Source of the DNA: an uncultured Chlamydiae bacterium
GTDB taxonomy: Bacteria; Chlamydiota; Chlamydiia; Chlamydiales; Parachlamydiaceae
Reading direction: 5' to 3'
NCBI GenBank assembly: GCA_963830365.1
Contig: CAWHMU010000046.1
Coordinates: 1-64,000, forward strand
Length of the DNA stretch: 64,000 bases
Shown: piece by piece, positions 42,100-53,100 of the stretch
How the letters are laid out: every line of letters begins with the position of its first letter
Numbering within the stretch: the first letter of the stretch is position 1
The notes under the pieces: generated by a model
What the model saw: only the letters and a program-made list of their open reading frames with translations
Databases searched by the model: none
Told to the model about the DNA's origin: nothing
Position numbers and translations under genes: made by a program

Positions 42100-45000
42100 C
42101 TAGTCATCCGTCCATCTTCTTGACGAGCTATCGCTTTCCGGCGATCCAAAAGGAAATCCCATCCCTTTATTTCTGTTCATTTTTGGAGGAGTCCCCAGAT
42201 TTTCAAAGAACCAACCCAGCGCACCTAAAGCACTGTCTGTCCACGATCTCGTTTCGACCTGTGGTGGTGATTCTGGGCTCATTGGAGCTGCAGCTGGGGC
42301 TGCTACAGGCCGTAGCGGTGAAGGTTGTTGGAACTGTAATCCGGATGCATTGCCTTGGACTTCATTTTCCTCGGCTTCTGCAACCCCTTCATTTCTCTCC
42401 CCGTCGTCTTCGCCATCAGCTACCGCGCTGTCTAGATTCATCGAGCTGAAGCTGGGGCTAGGAATTGGGCTAGGGCTAGAACGACTCCTGCCTGATTCAG
42501 ACAGCGGCGCTTCGGGAGAAGTCCTGCTTTGTGGTGATGGCAAAGCTGAGCTTTCCGCCTGCTTTACAGGCGTGGCCGGTTGACTGCGGCTGGCTTCAAA
42601 CACACTCGCTAATTGTTGCGGTATCATTGACCGTGCTTGTGACGATGCTGGAAAAGATGTTTCTGGGCTAATATATCCACTGTTATTTGCAGAACCTGCC
42701 CTGCTGCCGGCTGCAGAAATACGGCTTTCCCTTGAAATGCCTAAAATACTGTCGGAGAGTGGCGTTGCCAACAGAGGATCATATGTAGCAGCTAGTGCGT
42801 CATCCCTAGCCAGGACGGCTGAGCGGCCATTTTCATTGACAAAGTTATTTGCAAACGAAGCTAACTCATTCATGCCGTCATCGACAACAGCTGGCAGACT
42901 TTGACCGGCGTCTTTTTCTTCCGCTGCGCTAGACCCACGCGCACTGGACATGCCGCTAGGCTGCTGGGAATATGACTGATGATCATCGACGGTTTTATTC
43001 CAGGCGGCCTGCATCGCCACCAACTGTTGACGCCATGCATCCAAGAAATCGGCATCTACAACGTCTTCTTGCTCGCTATCCTCTGGTATGATTGTATTTG
43101 GACTGGATGGACTAAAGACCAGCAGCTTAGCCAAATTCTGTTCAGCTGTTGAAGGTGACCCGCTAGCAACTGGCTGATATTCTGGCGATTTAGGTGTCTG
43201 AACCTCGAATCCCTTTTCTCGCAACTTCCCCCTAAGGTTCCGCGCCTGTTCTTTTGGCTTATCGAGCATCGACTTGCCCATCCATCCCTGCGTGATAAAT
43301 CCTGCCATTTCATCGATCGATTCCTGCCACCGATGTAACGACTCCTTTAATTGCTCAATTTCTCTACTGTTAGCAGATGGGGTCGAGACAGTGCTTTGAT
43401 TATTGAATTCAGCGGAGTTTAAGATGTTCCCTGCAATCTTTTCCAACATATCCAGACGCGCCCGCTTTCTAGCGATGGTATTCATTTTCCTCTGTAATTC
43501 GGGCGTGATCTCTTTTTTTATATTATTCTTGTCGGTGATCAAATGATCAAGATCATGACATAAGATTTGCAATTCAGTTGTTATACCATAATAAAGAGGT
43601 TTCAACACATGCTGCAATTTACTTAATAGACTCTGTTGACTGACAGATGACGACGACACAGGGGCTTGATCCCTTGCATTGAGTTTGCTTAATAAGTCCT
43701 TAAGGTTTTGATAATCGTTTATTGATAAGTCATAGCCTGCGCTGCCGGCAGGGGCTTGCAGGGAATCTAGCGCATTGTCTTCGGCTAATGGCGACAACAT
43801 CCCCCCTAATCCATCCTTATATGTGGGGTCTTTCCGATGGGCTGATCTGTGCTGCTCGGCAGCAACTCTTTCTGCCCTGTTGACATACCATGCCAACTGA
43901 GCTAAATCCTCAGGAGCAACAGAAAATGCATTTAGGGCAGTGGAAGCGATATCGCCGCCCTTTTGTTCACCAGCCGAGCCGACATTTCCCCTGTTACTAA
44001 TAAACGGCGTCAATGGCCTCGAAATAGCCGTGCGTATTTGAGCTGGTGGGGTGCTCGGGCCAGGGCTGAAGTCAGCGTTGCCAGTTTGCCGACGTTCGCC
44101 TGCTTTCACGTCTACAAATGAATACCTATGAGTTTTTTTATATTGTCCTAAGACGGGACTCACTAGGCTTCCCCCTCTTGGTGGGGTTGGGCTGGACTTG
44201 TCAGCCGGCGAGGTACTAACTATCGACCTAGCCACTGGTGATGGAGTGGACGGTGCCGTAGAGATTTGAGCTACATCCTGATTGGCGACAGAAGATCTGA
44301 CGTCAGCAGAATTTCTTGTTGAATCCAGATCAAAATGGAAGTTCACATTACCGGCTGAGCTCACTAGCGAAAAAGCTGTTGCGGTTGACGGTGATGTTGG
44401 CACTTGCACGACTAGATGATCATAAAGGCCACCCGCGCCATGTGTTGGGGTAAGCGGTGGACTACCACTTGGACTTGATAAGTTAGAGCCTCCCTCATTC
44501 AGCTCTGTTGATCGTGGAGAGACTGAAGATAAACTTTTTCCTATATTGAAACGAGAGTGTCCCCTCAACTGATCCAACACCAATCCAAATTGAGTTGCCG
44601 CGCCTTTGACTTTATTTTCAGCAGAACGATCTGTAAGCAAACCGGAAATAATCTTTTTGGGCGCAGAACCAAAAGCCTCCGGCGCACCTTCTCTAAAGGG
44701 GTTTGCTTCATTTAGTAAATTTATAACAATAGGTAAATCCATAGTTTTGACCCATGGTAGGACCTCTCCGCTGTCTATTGATTTTGGTACTGGCGCAACT
44801 AGCTCGGGACGATGTGTCAGCAAACCAGAATTGATCCCATGGGCCGGAAGCCCTGAACTTGACGCTGAAGCCTTAGGTGGTGAAACACGAAGCCCATTTG
44901 CCACAGGCACTTGTTTGTAACCGCTTTCAACGCCAACAGCATTACGGGCGGCCGCAGCTAGTTTATGTGCCATTGTGTCTGCCATTTCGGTAGATGGTGC

Positions 45001-46098
45001 CTGCTCTTCTTTATTCAACGCCTTTGCACGCTTGTAGAGAGTTGCCATATGTCCAATGACGCCGCCCACTCCGAGCATTGCGCCGGCGATAGCGCCGACG
45101 GTTTGGGCAATCTGCCAGGCTGGCGCTGAAGCCAACGGCACTTCGGCTGAAAAAATAGGCGTGCTGGCATCGCCAGCGGCACTTGTGTTGGTGCTGGCTT
45201 CGCCAGGCGTAGAACCGTTTGAAGGCATGGTAATAGCAGGCGTCGTGGCGGCAGCTGCAACGCTTGTATTCCATGGGCACTGTGTTGCACTATCGGGAGA
45301 CAAGGCCGCCGTGCCGGCATTGACATAGGCATCAGCCGGGCATGCCTGGAGTATTATCTGCTCAAAGGCAGGCGTGCGGGTACAGACACCGGCAGGGTTG
45401 CTTGACGGCATTGAAACTTCCGTATCCGAAGGCTCCGTGTGGTTGTCGGGAGACCTGTCGCCCATGAAATTGTGCCAGGCATAATAGCCGGCAGTGGCGG
45501 TGGCCAGTGTGCCTAATGCCGCCAGGCCGACATTGCGATAAAGTCTGGTGCGATCGGCAGCTGCTGCCGCAAGTTCGCGCAAGCAGTCAGCGCTGACGGC
45601 CGACTTATCGAACATGGCTTGGCCGGTGGGTGATGTCACGGCCGCGATGTGGCGGCTGAATTCAGCCGGATAGCGCGCCTGCAAGGCTTGCAGCTTCTCC
45701 CGAAACTGCTTCATCGCCAGGGCTGCCGAGGCGTCAGCGGCCTGTCCGCGCGCGTTGACGCTCTTATAGGCCAGCATATAGCAGCGCAGTAGCAGGGCGA
45801 TGGCATTTGGCAGGCCTACCTGGCCGATGAGCGTGTCGGCATCGAGGAGCTTGGCGCCATCGGTTGTGCCGTCAGTTCCTATCTTTTCAGCCGCCGCCAG
45901 CTTTTTGTAAATCCAATGGTCGACGTCATCGAAATGACGGCTATTAAAGACTGGCAGGCCGAACAAGCGATTGTAGGCGGCCTTGGCGGAAGACTCCCCG
46001 CCGCCGGCCCAAGTCATCATATCTGAAAGATAATCCGGGATGCTATGCAATGATGTGCAGGCCGTATTGAATGTCGTTTTGAGTGATTGTATTGTCAT
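42100..46098 (-). CDS. Array paralog 4 (1332 aa)
   Basis: DDVDHWIY..DTLIGQVGLPNAIALL..MFDKSAV; TM-loop-TM; SP/TP-rich tail with a coiled coil. Confidence 0.88.
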   Translation of the reverse strand: MTIQSLKTTFNTACTSLHSIPDYLSDMMTWAGGGESSAKAAYNRLFGLPVFNSRHFDDVDHWIYKKLAAAEKIGTDGTTDGAKLLDADTLIGQVGLPNAIALLLRCYMLAYKSVNARGQAADASAALAMKQFREKLQALQARYPAEFSRHIAAVTSPTGQAMFDKSAVSADCLRELAAAAADRTRLYRNVGLAALGTLATATAGYYAWHNFMGDRSPDNHTEPSDTEVSMPSSNPAGVCTRTPAFEQIILQACPADAYVNAGTAALSPDSATQCPWNTSVAAAATTPAITMPSNGSTPGEASTNTSAAGDASTPIFSAEVPLASAPAWQIAQTVGAIAGAMLGVGGVIGHMATLYKRAKALNKEEQAPSTEMADTMAHKLAAAARNAVGVESGYKQVPVANGLRVSPPKASASSSGLPAHGINSGLLTHRPELVAPVPKSIDSGEVLPWVKTMDLPIVINLLNEANPFREGAPEAFGSAPKKIISGLLTDRSAENKVKGAATQFGLVLDQLRGHSRFNIGKSLSSVSPRSTELNEGGSNLSSPSGSPPLTPTHGAGGLYDHLVVQVPTSPSTATAFSLVSSAGNVNFHFDLDSTRNSADVRSSVANQDVAQISTAPSTPSPVARSIVSTSPADKSSPTPPRGGSLVSPVLGQYKKTHRYSFVDVKAGERRQTGNADFSPGPSTPPAQIRTAISRPLTPFISNRGNVGSAGEQKGGDIASTALNAFSVAPEDLAQLAWYVNRAERVAAEQHRSAHRKDPTYKDGLGGMLSPLAEDNALDSLQAPAGSAGYDLSINDYQNLKDLLSKLNARDQAPVSSSSVSQQSLLSKLQHVLKPLYYGITTELQILCHDLDHLITDKNNIKKEITPELQRKMNTIARKRARLDMLEKIAGNILNSAEFNNQSTVSTPSANSREIEQLKESLHRWQESIDEMAGFITQGWMGKSMLDKPKEQARNLRGKLREKGFEVQTPKSPEYQPVASGSPSTAEQNLAKLLVFSPSSPNTIIPEDSEQEDVVDADFLDAWRQQLVAMQAAWNKTVDDHQSYSQQPSGMSSARGSSAAEEKDAGQSLPAVVDDGMNELASFANNFVNENGRSAVLARDDALAATYDPLLATPLSDSILGISRESRISAAGSRAGSANNSGYISPETSFPASSQARSMIPQQLASVFEASRSQPATPVKQAESSALPSPQSRTSPEAPLSESGRSRSSPSPIPSPSFSSMNLDSAVADGEDDGERNEGVAEAEENEVQGNASGLQFQQPSPLRPVAAPAAAPMSPESPPQVETRSWTDSALGALGWFFENLGTPPKMNRNKGMGFPFGSPESDSSSRRWTDD

Positions 46099-46250
46099 GT
46101 GTCTCTCGTATTAACAAGTTAGTTTTATGTAAAATTTCGTCCCAAAAAAAGGACCCCCGCCAGGGGTTAACAAGCCCTTGCCTTTGCTGTCGCTCACGCA
46201 ACAGCAAGGGAAAGGCTCGGTATTAACAAACCCTTCTTCCCTCGCTGTTG

Positions 46251-48179
46251 TCAATCAACATTTTGACCAGAGAGTAAACCAGGCCCTGCTAGCTGGCCTT
46301 GGCTTGTCGCGGGCACTGCCGGACGGCTCATTCTCCTCCCCGCCTGCCCAGCAAAGTCTTGGCGCGGCACTATGAGTGGGTTAGCATGGGAGCTAAAAGT
46401 CATTGCCGTTGCTTTCCGCCGATGCTTCATCTTCGGTTTGCTGGCATGCGTGAGTAGTGGTGCTTGAGGGCTTGTAGTTGCGCTTTTAGACCAGTTAGTC
46501 AAAGATCTGGCAGTGTGTACCTGCGTGGCGAATGGCCCGGCACCCTTCTGCTCTGTGACTGGTATCTTTTGGGCGGCAGCATGCTCAGGTTTTCTCACTA
46601 AGGCGAGGAGCTTTTCAAAGAATTTGGCATATTCCGCATTCACACCCTCATCAAGTCGTTGCAGGTTTTCAGGCCGCGCAGGGTGGCCATCTGTTTGAGC
46701 GATCGTCTCATTCTGCCTTTCTAGATACTCGATGATCGTGCGTTTTTTTATAGCAAAGGTGCGAAGCTTTGCAATCAGACCATGCGGATCCCCATTTTGC
46801 GCCTGCAGCATAGATATCTCTTGCAAGCTCTGCTGCACATCGGACAACGCCTGTTTTTGTTCATGCAGTTCCTCAAGTGTGTTGGAGCTACCCCCAAGCC
46901 TATTGAACACATCTTCAAACAAGCCAAATGTTGTTTCAAAGCCGTTAAAGAGATCACCAATACCATCCTGCAGCGGCGTTTGCTGCAACACGCCAGTCAG
47001 CTGCTGAAATTGCTCAGGAAAATCTGCTGACGCTCGGCCCTCATGATCAACAGGCACAGCAAAGAAAGCTCCATTTTGTGGCGTGGTGACGGCGGGGGAG
47101 GCGGCACCCTCGCTTTCATTGTCTGGCGCAAGCGCTGCAGCCGGCTTCGGCTCATTATTTGAAGTTTTTGCCGGCGATGATTTTGTATAAACAGGCAGCA
47201 GTGCCCACATCCCAAGCGTGCTGCAGACGGCAACAAAGACCTTACAGGCGGTGGTGACGACATCCCATGTCGCTGACGCCGCCTCTGACCGTGTCCCTGA
47301 CACTGTCGCCTCGCCTGTCATGTTTGACGGCATGCTTGAGACGGTTGCGGCAATGTTCTGTATGCTCTCTGTCACCACAGAGATAGGATCAGCTTGCAGC
47401 AGCTGGGCAGCAGCCGGGGCAGCTGTGGCAGGAGCAAAGGACGGGATATGCCGGAAGCTTGGCGGCGCTGTAAAACCGGTTGGCCTTAAGGCGGCAGGCA
47501 GACTAGCGGGCAGGCAGCAGCTCATCGTATCGCGGCTCAAGGTATCGCTGGTCGATGGATAGCTGGACCATGGATAGTTGTTCCATGGATAGCTGTTCCA
47601 GGCGTAATAGAGGGTGGCGGCCGCAGCTAGGGCGCCTAAAGCGGCATAACAGACTCTTCTGCCAAGACCTGTGCGCGCACCAGCTGCGCTAAGCTGGCGG
47701 TAGAATTCAGGGGTGACAGCGGATTTAGCGAAGACGGGTTTGTCGATGAAGGCCGCATTTCGACCGATGACAGCGGCATATTCGTTAGGGCTGATTTTGA
47801 TGAGCTCTTGCCGCTGCTGGTGGAAGAGATCGCCGGCAAAGCCGGACTTGTCATGCTGTTTCGCCAGCTGATAGCCGCAGGTGAGCAGCGCGTAGGCGTT
47901 GGCAAAGCCGAGCTGTGCTTTCAGCGTTTTAGGATGGAGGAGCTGGCTAGTTTCAGCAATTTGCGCTGCTGGCATACCTGTAGCGAGCCGGAGGATTTTA
48001 TAAATCCAGTCGCCAAGCGGACCGGCCGCACTTTCGCCATTCATTAACCGCTTGCAGGCTGCCTCGATGGGCAAAGTTGATGCATTTGGGCTGGTGAAAT
48101 CGCTGGTGAAATAGTCCCCCTGGCCAACTAATGTCTGATAGGCTGCGGCGGATGGTAGTGGCGAAAGTTGAATTGTCAT
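46251..48179 (-). CDS. Array paralog 5 (642 aa)
   Basis: DWIYKIL..LGFANAYALL..PVFAKSAV; TM-loop-TM; coiled-coil tail. Confidence 0.85.
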   Translation of the reverse strand: MTIQLSPLPSAAAYQTLVGQGDYFTSDFTSPNASTLPIEAACKRLMNGESAAGPLGDWIYKILRLATGMPAAQIAETSQLLHPKTLKAQLGFANAYALLTCGYQLAKQHDKSGFAGDLFHQQRQELIKISPNEYAAVIGRNAAFIDKPVFAKSAVTPEFYRQLSAAGARTGLGRRVCYAALGALAAAATLYYAWNSYPWNNYPWSSYPSTSDTLSRDTMSCCLPASLPAALRPTGFTAPPSFRHIPSFAPATAAPAAAQLLQADPISVVTESIQNIAATVSSMPSNMTGEATVSGTRSEAASATWDVVTTACKVFVAVCSTLGMWALLPVYTKSSPAKTSNNEPKPAAALAPDNESEGAASPAVTTPQNGAFFAVPVDHEGRASADFPEQFQQLTGVLQQTPLQDGIGDLFNGFETTFGLFEDVFNRLGGSSNTLEELHEQKQALSDVQQSLQEISMLQAQNGDPHGLIAKLRTFAIKKRTIIEYLERQNETIAQTDGHPARPENLQRLDEGVNAEYAKFFEKLLALVRKPEHAAAQKIPVTEQKGAGPFATQVHTARSLTNWSKSATTSPQAPLLTHASKPKMKHRRKATAMTFSSHANPLIVPRQDFAGQAGRRMSRPAVPATSQGQLAGPGLLSGQNVD

Positions 48180-48465
48180 ATGTCTTTTAGTTTTTTATTC
48201 GGTTAGTTTTAGGTAAATGTTATCGACAAGTCGGCTATGTTTACCTTCACAGGAAAACTTTCGGTCATGTGATACTATTCTCTCCGTGTTCTCTGTGCCT
48301 CTGTGTTTCAAAAAATCAAACACAGAGGCAAAGAGAGCACGTAGCAAGAAATTGACCGGTTAGGTGCACAACGCCGACAAGTCGATGCTTTTAAAGTTTA
48401 TATTGACATCTGTCAATTTCAGGTGTTTTTACTAGTCACCCATGGACTAGAGAGGCCTTATGCAT

Positions 48466-48726
48466 GCTGAGCCCCGTCAGGGAGCGGCCCTATTTGTAGC
48501 CCACGGTGTAGTGCCATCCGGCGCAAACCGTGGGTCATAACCAAAATCTATCTAGCCCCAGCGGGGCGTTATCATTCCATCCTCAATTGCATAAGGATGA
48601 AATCCCCAAGATGCAATTATAACGCCCCCTTGGGGCTAGAATAATTTTTTTGTATAACCCACGGTTTGCGCCGGATGGCGCTGCACCGTGGGCTACAAAT
48701 ATGGCTGCTCCTAAACGGAGCTCAGC
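48466..48726. repeat. Family C palindrome
   Basis: gctgagccccgtcagggagcggccctatttgtagcccacgg...ggagctcagc. Confidence 0.85.
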
Positions 48727-48816
48727 AACATAAACACCTGCCAATAAAGTCACTTTTTATAAGGTCAGCCACCCCATCCCGGAGGTGCTGGTCGCTATGC
48801 CTTCATTTCACGCCTC

Positions 48817-49851
48817 TCACCAATTGTCATACAGCACGACAGACGTTGAGTTTGACGTTGCAGGGGCTGAGGTCGGCGTTGCAGAGGCTTCATTCTCAAA
48901 CGCCTCCCATAGCTTTCGGGTGGGAGTCATGCTATCATCAGCGGCCCCCTTCTCCTCGGCGGATTGATGGAGGCATAGGCTTGAGTCATCAACAGCACCC
49001 CTTGGGCAATCATCTCTTAGGAAGGCATCTCTTAAGCCGGGAGCTCTTGGGCCGATATTATCAGGGATAGCATCCGCGGCTATCTTGGCCAGCTGCGCCT
49101 TGAAAATGGTTTTGGCAGCCTGCATTTGACAGGCTGTAGCCTCCTTCTGCCCCTTATCCTGAGCCACCAGCCCGATACTTTTCTCCATCTTTTTGATGAG
49201 ATTTAAACGCCCTTCAAAATCCCCCGTAGTGGTACGCATCGCACTCAACTCTTCCGCTTGGCTACATAATTCAATGGACTGACTTGTACTGTTATTTCCA
49301 AATGCCCGGATATTAGCAGCATTTTCTCGCCTTAATAGCGAAGTGGCAATATCAAAGAGAGTATTCTCATAGGCGTCATAGATGCTAATTTCACTTGCCA
49401 GCACAGGGTCTTGCGCGGCCATGCTGGCGGCATTTGGCGCAGTGCCTGACGATTTCTGTTCGCTTGACACCGCCACCTCCGCTAGTTGCGCCGCGTGGGC
49501 ATTGAGCCTAGCCACAGGTGGCGAGGCGACCGGCGATGCATCAACATCTGCGGCCACAGGTTTGCTCGCTTTTTGGTGCCCGGCAAGAAGCACATGCAGC
49601 GCGCAGACAGTGCCGACAGCAGCCAGCGAGCTAAGCACAAAGCTCGCCAGCAGCGACTGCCCTTGATGATCGGCAGAGGCGCGGAAGTTCGCTTTGTTTA
49701 CCGCATAGTAACCCGCCCCAAAAGCCATAAAGCTGCTTAAGGCGATGCAACCTACTTTCCGTAACAGGCAGGAGCCTTCATTTGCCGCCTGTGGCACGAC
49801 CGGCTGGTGGTTGGCAGCTTGAAATTGGATGGAGTTTGCTGTAATTTCCAT
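48817..49851 (-). CDS. Inc-like bilobed membrane protein within the array (lacks the N-domain)
   Basis: VGCIALSSFMAFGAGYYAV, a ~15-aa loop, then LLASFVLSSLAAVGTVCALHVLL; first TM resembles the array TM1 (ALG..AAGYY). Confidence 0.78.
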   Translation of the reverse strand: MEITANSIQFQAANHQPVVPQAANEGSCLLRKVGCIALSSFMAFGAGYYAVNKANFRASADHQGQSLLASFVLSSLAAVGTVCALHVLLAGHQKASKPVAADVDASPVASPPVARLNAHAAQLAEVAVSSEQKSSGTAPNAASMAAQDPVLASEISIYDAYENTLFDIATSLLRRENAANIRAFGNNSTSQSIELCSQAEELSAMRTTTGDFEGRLNLIKKMEKSIGLVAQDKGQKEATACQMQAAKTIFKAQLAKIAADAIPDNIGPRAPGLRDAFLRDDCPRGAVDDSSLCLHQSAEEKGAADDSMTPTRKLWEAFENEASATPTSAPATSNSTSVVLYDNW

Positions 49852-50161
49852 AACTATCTCATAAAGTTTTTTGGATCCGTGAATATTGACGGCTCCATCT
49901 TACACCACAATCCCACCGACTGCCATTATGTTTTTCAGGACTTGTCCACCGGCATTGGAAAAATGCTCGGTCACGATATATCCCTTTCCCCCTGTCTGCG
50001 ACCTCTGTGACCGCTGTGATCGCTGTGCTGGTGAATTTTCAAAACCAGCCCACAGAGACCACAGAGAAGGGCTTCCATGATCAATGGCTTTTTGACCTAA
50101 CGGGTGAGCAAGGCCCTTCTTTATAGGTAGCGCAAGTCTTTAGCCTGGCGCGACCACGCCA

Positions 50162-53100
50162 CTAATCAAGCGCTGCCGCCGTGCTAGACTTGTATACGGC
50201 CGAAATGGCCTTATGCGTGCCTGCTACTGTAATAAGGTCTGTGCCAGGCATAGCCGCGTAATTGCGATAAGCTACGACATAGGCCGATATGACATCCTTA
50301 AACCTGGTGGCCAACGCCTGCAGCTTCTTGTCATCGCCCACTTGCGATTTGCCATCGAACCAGGCCTGCGCCAAGGTATAATCTTCTTTAAGCTGATCTA
50401 AAAACGACCCGCCGATAGACGATGAATGTGCCAGCGCTGTGCCCATCGATGAGGATGCGTGACCTGCCGATTGCCCGAAAGTTACCAGTGGCTTAGAAGA
50501 ACTTGAAGCGGCAGCTGCAGCGGCCCTGGCAGGAGCCTTTAGTATATATTGTTTCTCTTCATCTCTAGAATCTTTCGACAGACTGTCCACCTGCTGTTCA
50601 AGCATTTCAGGTAAATTATTGAAGAAGCTGACGACGCCAGCGCCAAGCTGTAAGACGTCTTTATCCGGTGTCTTCGCATTAACAATTTGAAGCGCCAGCG
50701 CCGCGAAAGCTTGTACTAGGCAATCAATTCTATCTTGATCGTCCACTTTCAACCTGTTCACATTTTCAATCTTACGCCACAGCATAGCCAGCGGTGAAAG
50801 ACTGTCATCGGCTTCATGGTCCAGTATCTGACGTATCAGGGTCAGAACTCCCTGTTCACTGTTGGCCTTTACATTAGGCTCGACAGTTTGTGCCTGGCTG
50901 ATAAGGTACTTTTTGGCGGATTTGCAAATCTCGGTTAGATTACCTGCAAAAATCTGTTTGGCATTGGTTATAAAACTATTAGATCTTGTTGGTTCAGATA
51001 AATCTTGAATTGAATCTGTCAACGCTTTAGCCAGCAGGTTGACAGGCCTCAAATGCTTTTTAAAACCCGGGCTACCACCAATCCCGGCAGGTGTTCCTGC
51101 TGCATTGCTGGAAGCTCTTAGCGTTGGCTTCAAGGCCACACCGAATTCCGACCGACGACCCTTTGAGGGTGTTTGATGAGCTAACTTACTTTCATCGGTC
51201 TTGGCATTTGGTTGTGCTGATCTTAACTTATGGTTGGCAATTTGACTTGGGTCGAACACCTGTCTGCCGCCATTTGGATTAGCATTTTGTGCTCTCCGCG
51301 CATTTGGTTTATTGGGATCATAGAGGGCGGGTTGAAAGACCGGCAAATCCTTAGACTCTAATCTCTTAAGAATATAATCAAGCCGCCAGCCTTGCATCCC
51401 GACAAATTGTTGCATCAACATTTTCTTGGTCTCATCGCCAAGATACAAGTGCTTGATGAAGGCTTGGCGCAGCGTTTCATTTATGTTGACGGCATCGGCA
51501 TCATCATTCAGCTTTGCCAAGGCTTCATGCTCGGGGATATTTTTAATAGCGTCAACAACCGAAGGGTCTAACCTCCTCTCATCGTAAGCGAAAACAATCA
51601 TCTGCAACTCAATTTTTGAATATTTGTCGAGCACGTTTTTGATGATGTCAGTTTCTTTAGAAATGCGCTCTTTCTTTAGCCTTTTGCCAAGCAGTTCGAT
51701 CTGATCGTTAGCCTCTTTACAAAGTTTTTCACAAACTGAAGCTTCCATGCCACCACTATCTTTGATAGCGGTCATCTGCGCTGCCATATTTTCCCAATTT
51801 GTCCGCTGAGCGACTATCTGTTCATCGCTTTGACTTAATCTATTGGGCATAAAAAAGTTTTCAGCATCACTGTGTTCCAATAGCAGGCGATAGTGCCTTT
51901 TTTCTTCTGTAATCCGCTTCTTTATGGCAGCTTCTGTATCCTTCTTTAGCTTTTCAGCATCCTTCTGTTGCTTCTCAGCCGCGGCTTTACTTTTCGCCTC
52001 GTCATCAACAGCTTCTACAATCGCTTCTGGGAAACTTTCCGTATCTTTAGACTCATCCACTTTTGCCGGTTGGACGATTAAGGCGTTTAAATCCGTTGGC
52101 ATTTTCAGCTTTGCGATCCAATCTTCAACACTCCATGCTTCTGCAGCTTTGACGCCATCTCCAAAGTCGAAACTAAAGTCCAGAACTGGCGCATCGGGCG
52201 GCCCACCAGCATCTTTTTCTTCAGCTTTAGCTGTTGCTTCAGCGCCGCTATGTGGCCCTAAACTTGAGCTATCTAGGGATATGCCCATACCGCCATGACT
52301 TGATCCATCAAAAGCGCTTGAATTGTGTCCATGCATCGCTGAAGCCCCTACCACATGGATTTGATTTTTTATAATAGCAGCCTGCTCAGCCTCAATACCT
52401 TTTAAGATAGAGGATGCAACGGCTTCAAAACTATCTAGGCGGGCTTGTTTTCTAGCAAAACTTTTAAAGAGTTTCTCAATTCTTCTTGTACGTATTTTCT
52501 TGTCAATATGCTCAGCTTTTAATTTTTGCATTAAATTAAGCAAGTCTTTCAATTGATTTACGATTTGAACAGAAGTGGATTTCAACAAATCATTAAAACT
52601 GATTATTAACCATCTTTGGTCAGCCGTTAGGGGTAACGTTCTTGCTTTTTTAACCTGTTCCAAAAGGGATAACAGGTTATTAGTGCTCTCTAGACCGCTT
52701 TCCTTCGCATTTAAAGCTGCTGCGGATGAGCTGTTTTTGCCAACCGGAGGACTGGTCAGTCTACTAGATTTGTACGCAGGCAAAGGCGATAAAACATTCC
52801 GTATGCTGCGCTCATCACAAATTGACATGTCACACTGCATTTGTATTTCCCGAAGTTTGCGAATGGCTTTATCTATGTTTTTTGGGTTCTTTTGGACATA
52901 TTCCAGCACAGAAAGTAGTTGCACCTCATTGAACACATCCTTTGTGACAACAGACATGACCTGAGAATGAATTGATTGTCGTTTTTTTGCGCTGCGGCTG
53001 CTCTTGGACTCATCCTCAGCGGCATGTGCACCTTTCTCTTCGGCAATTTGATGCCCGCTTGAGGTAGAAACGCTTGTAGACATTTCCATAAAACTAGGCA

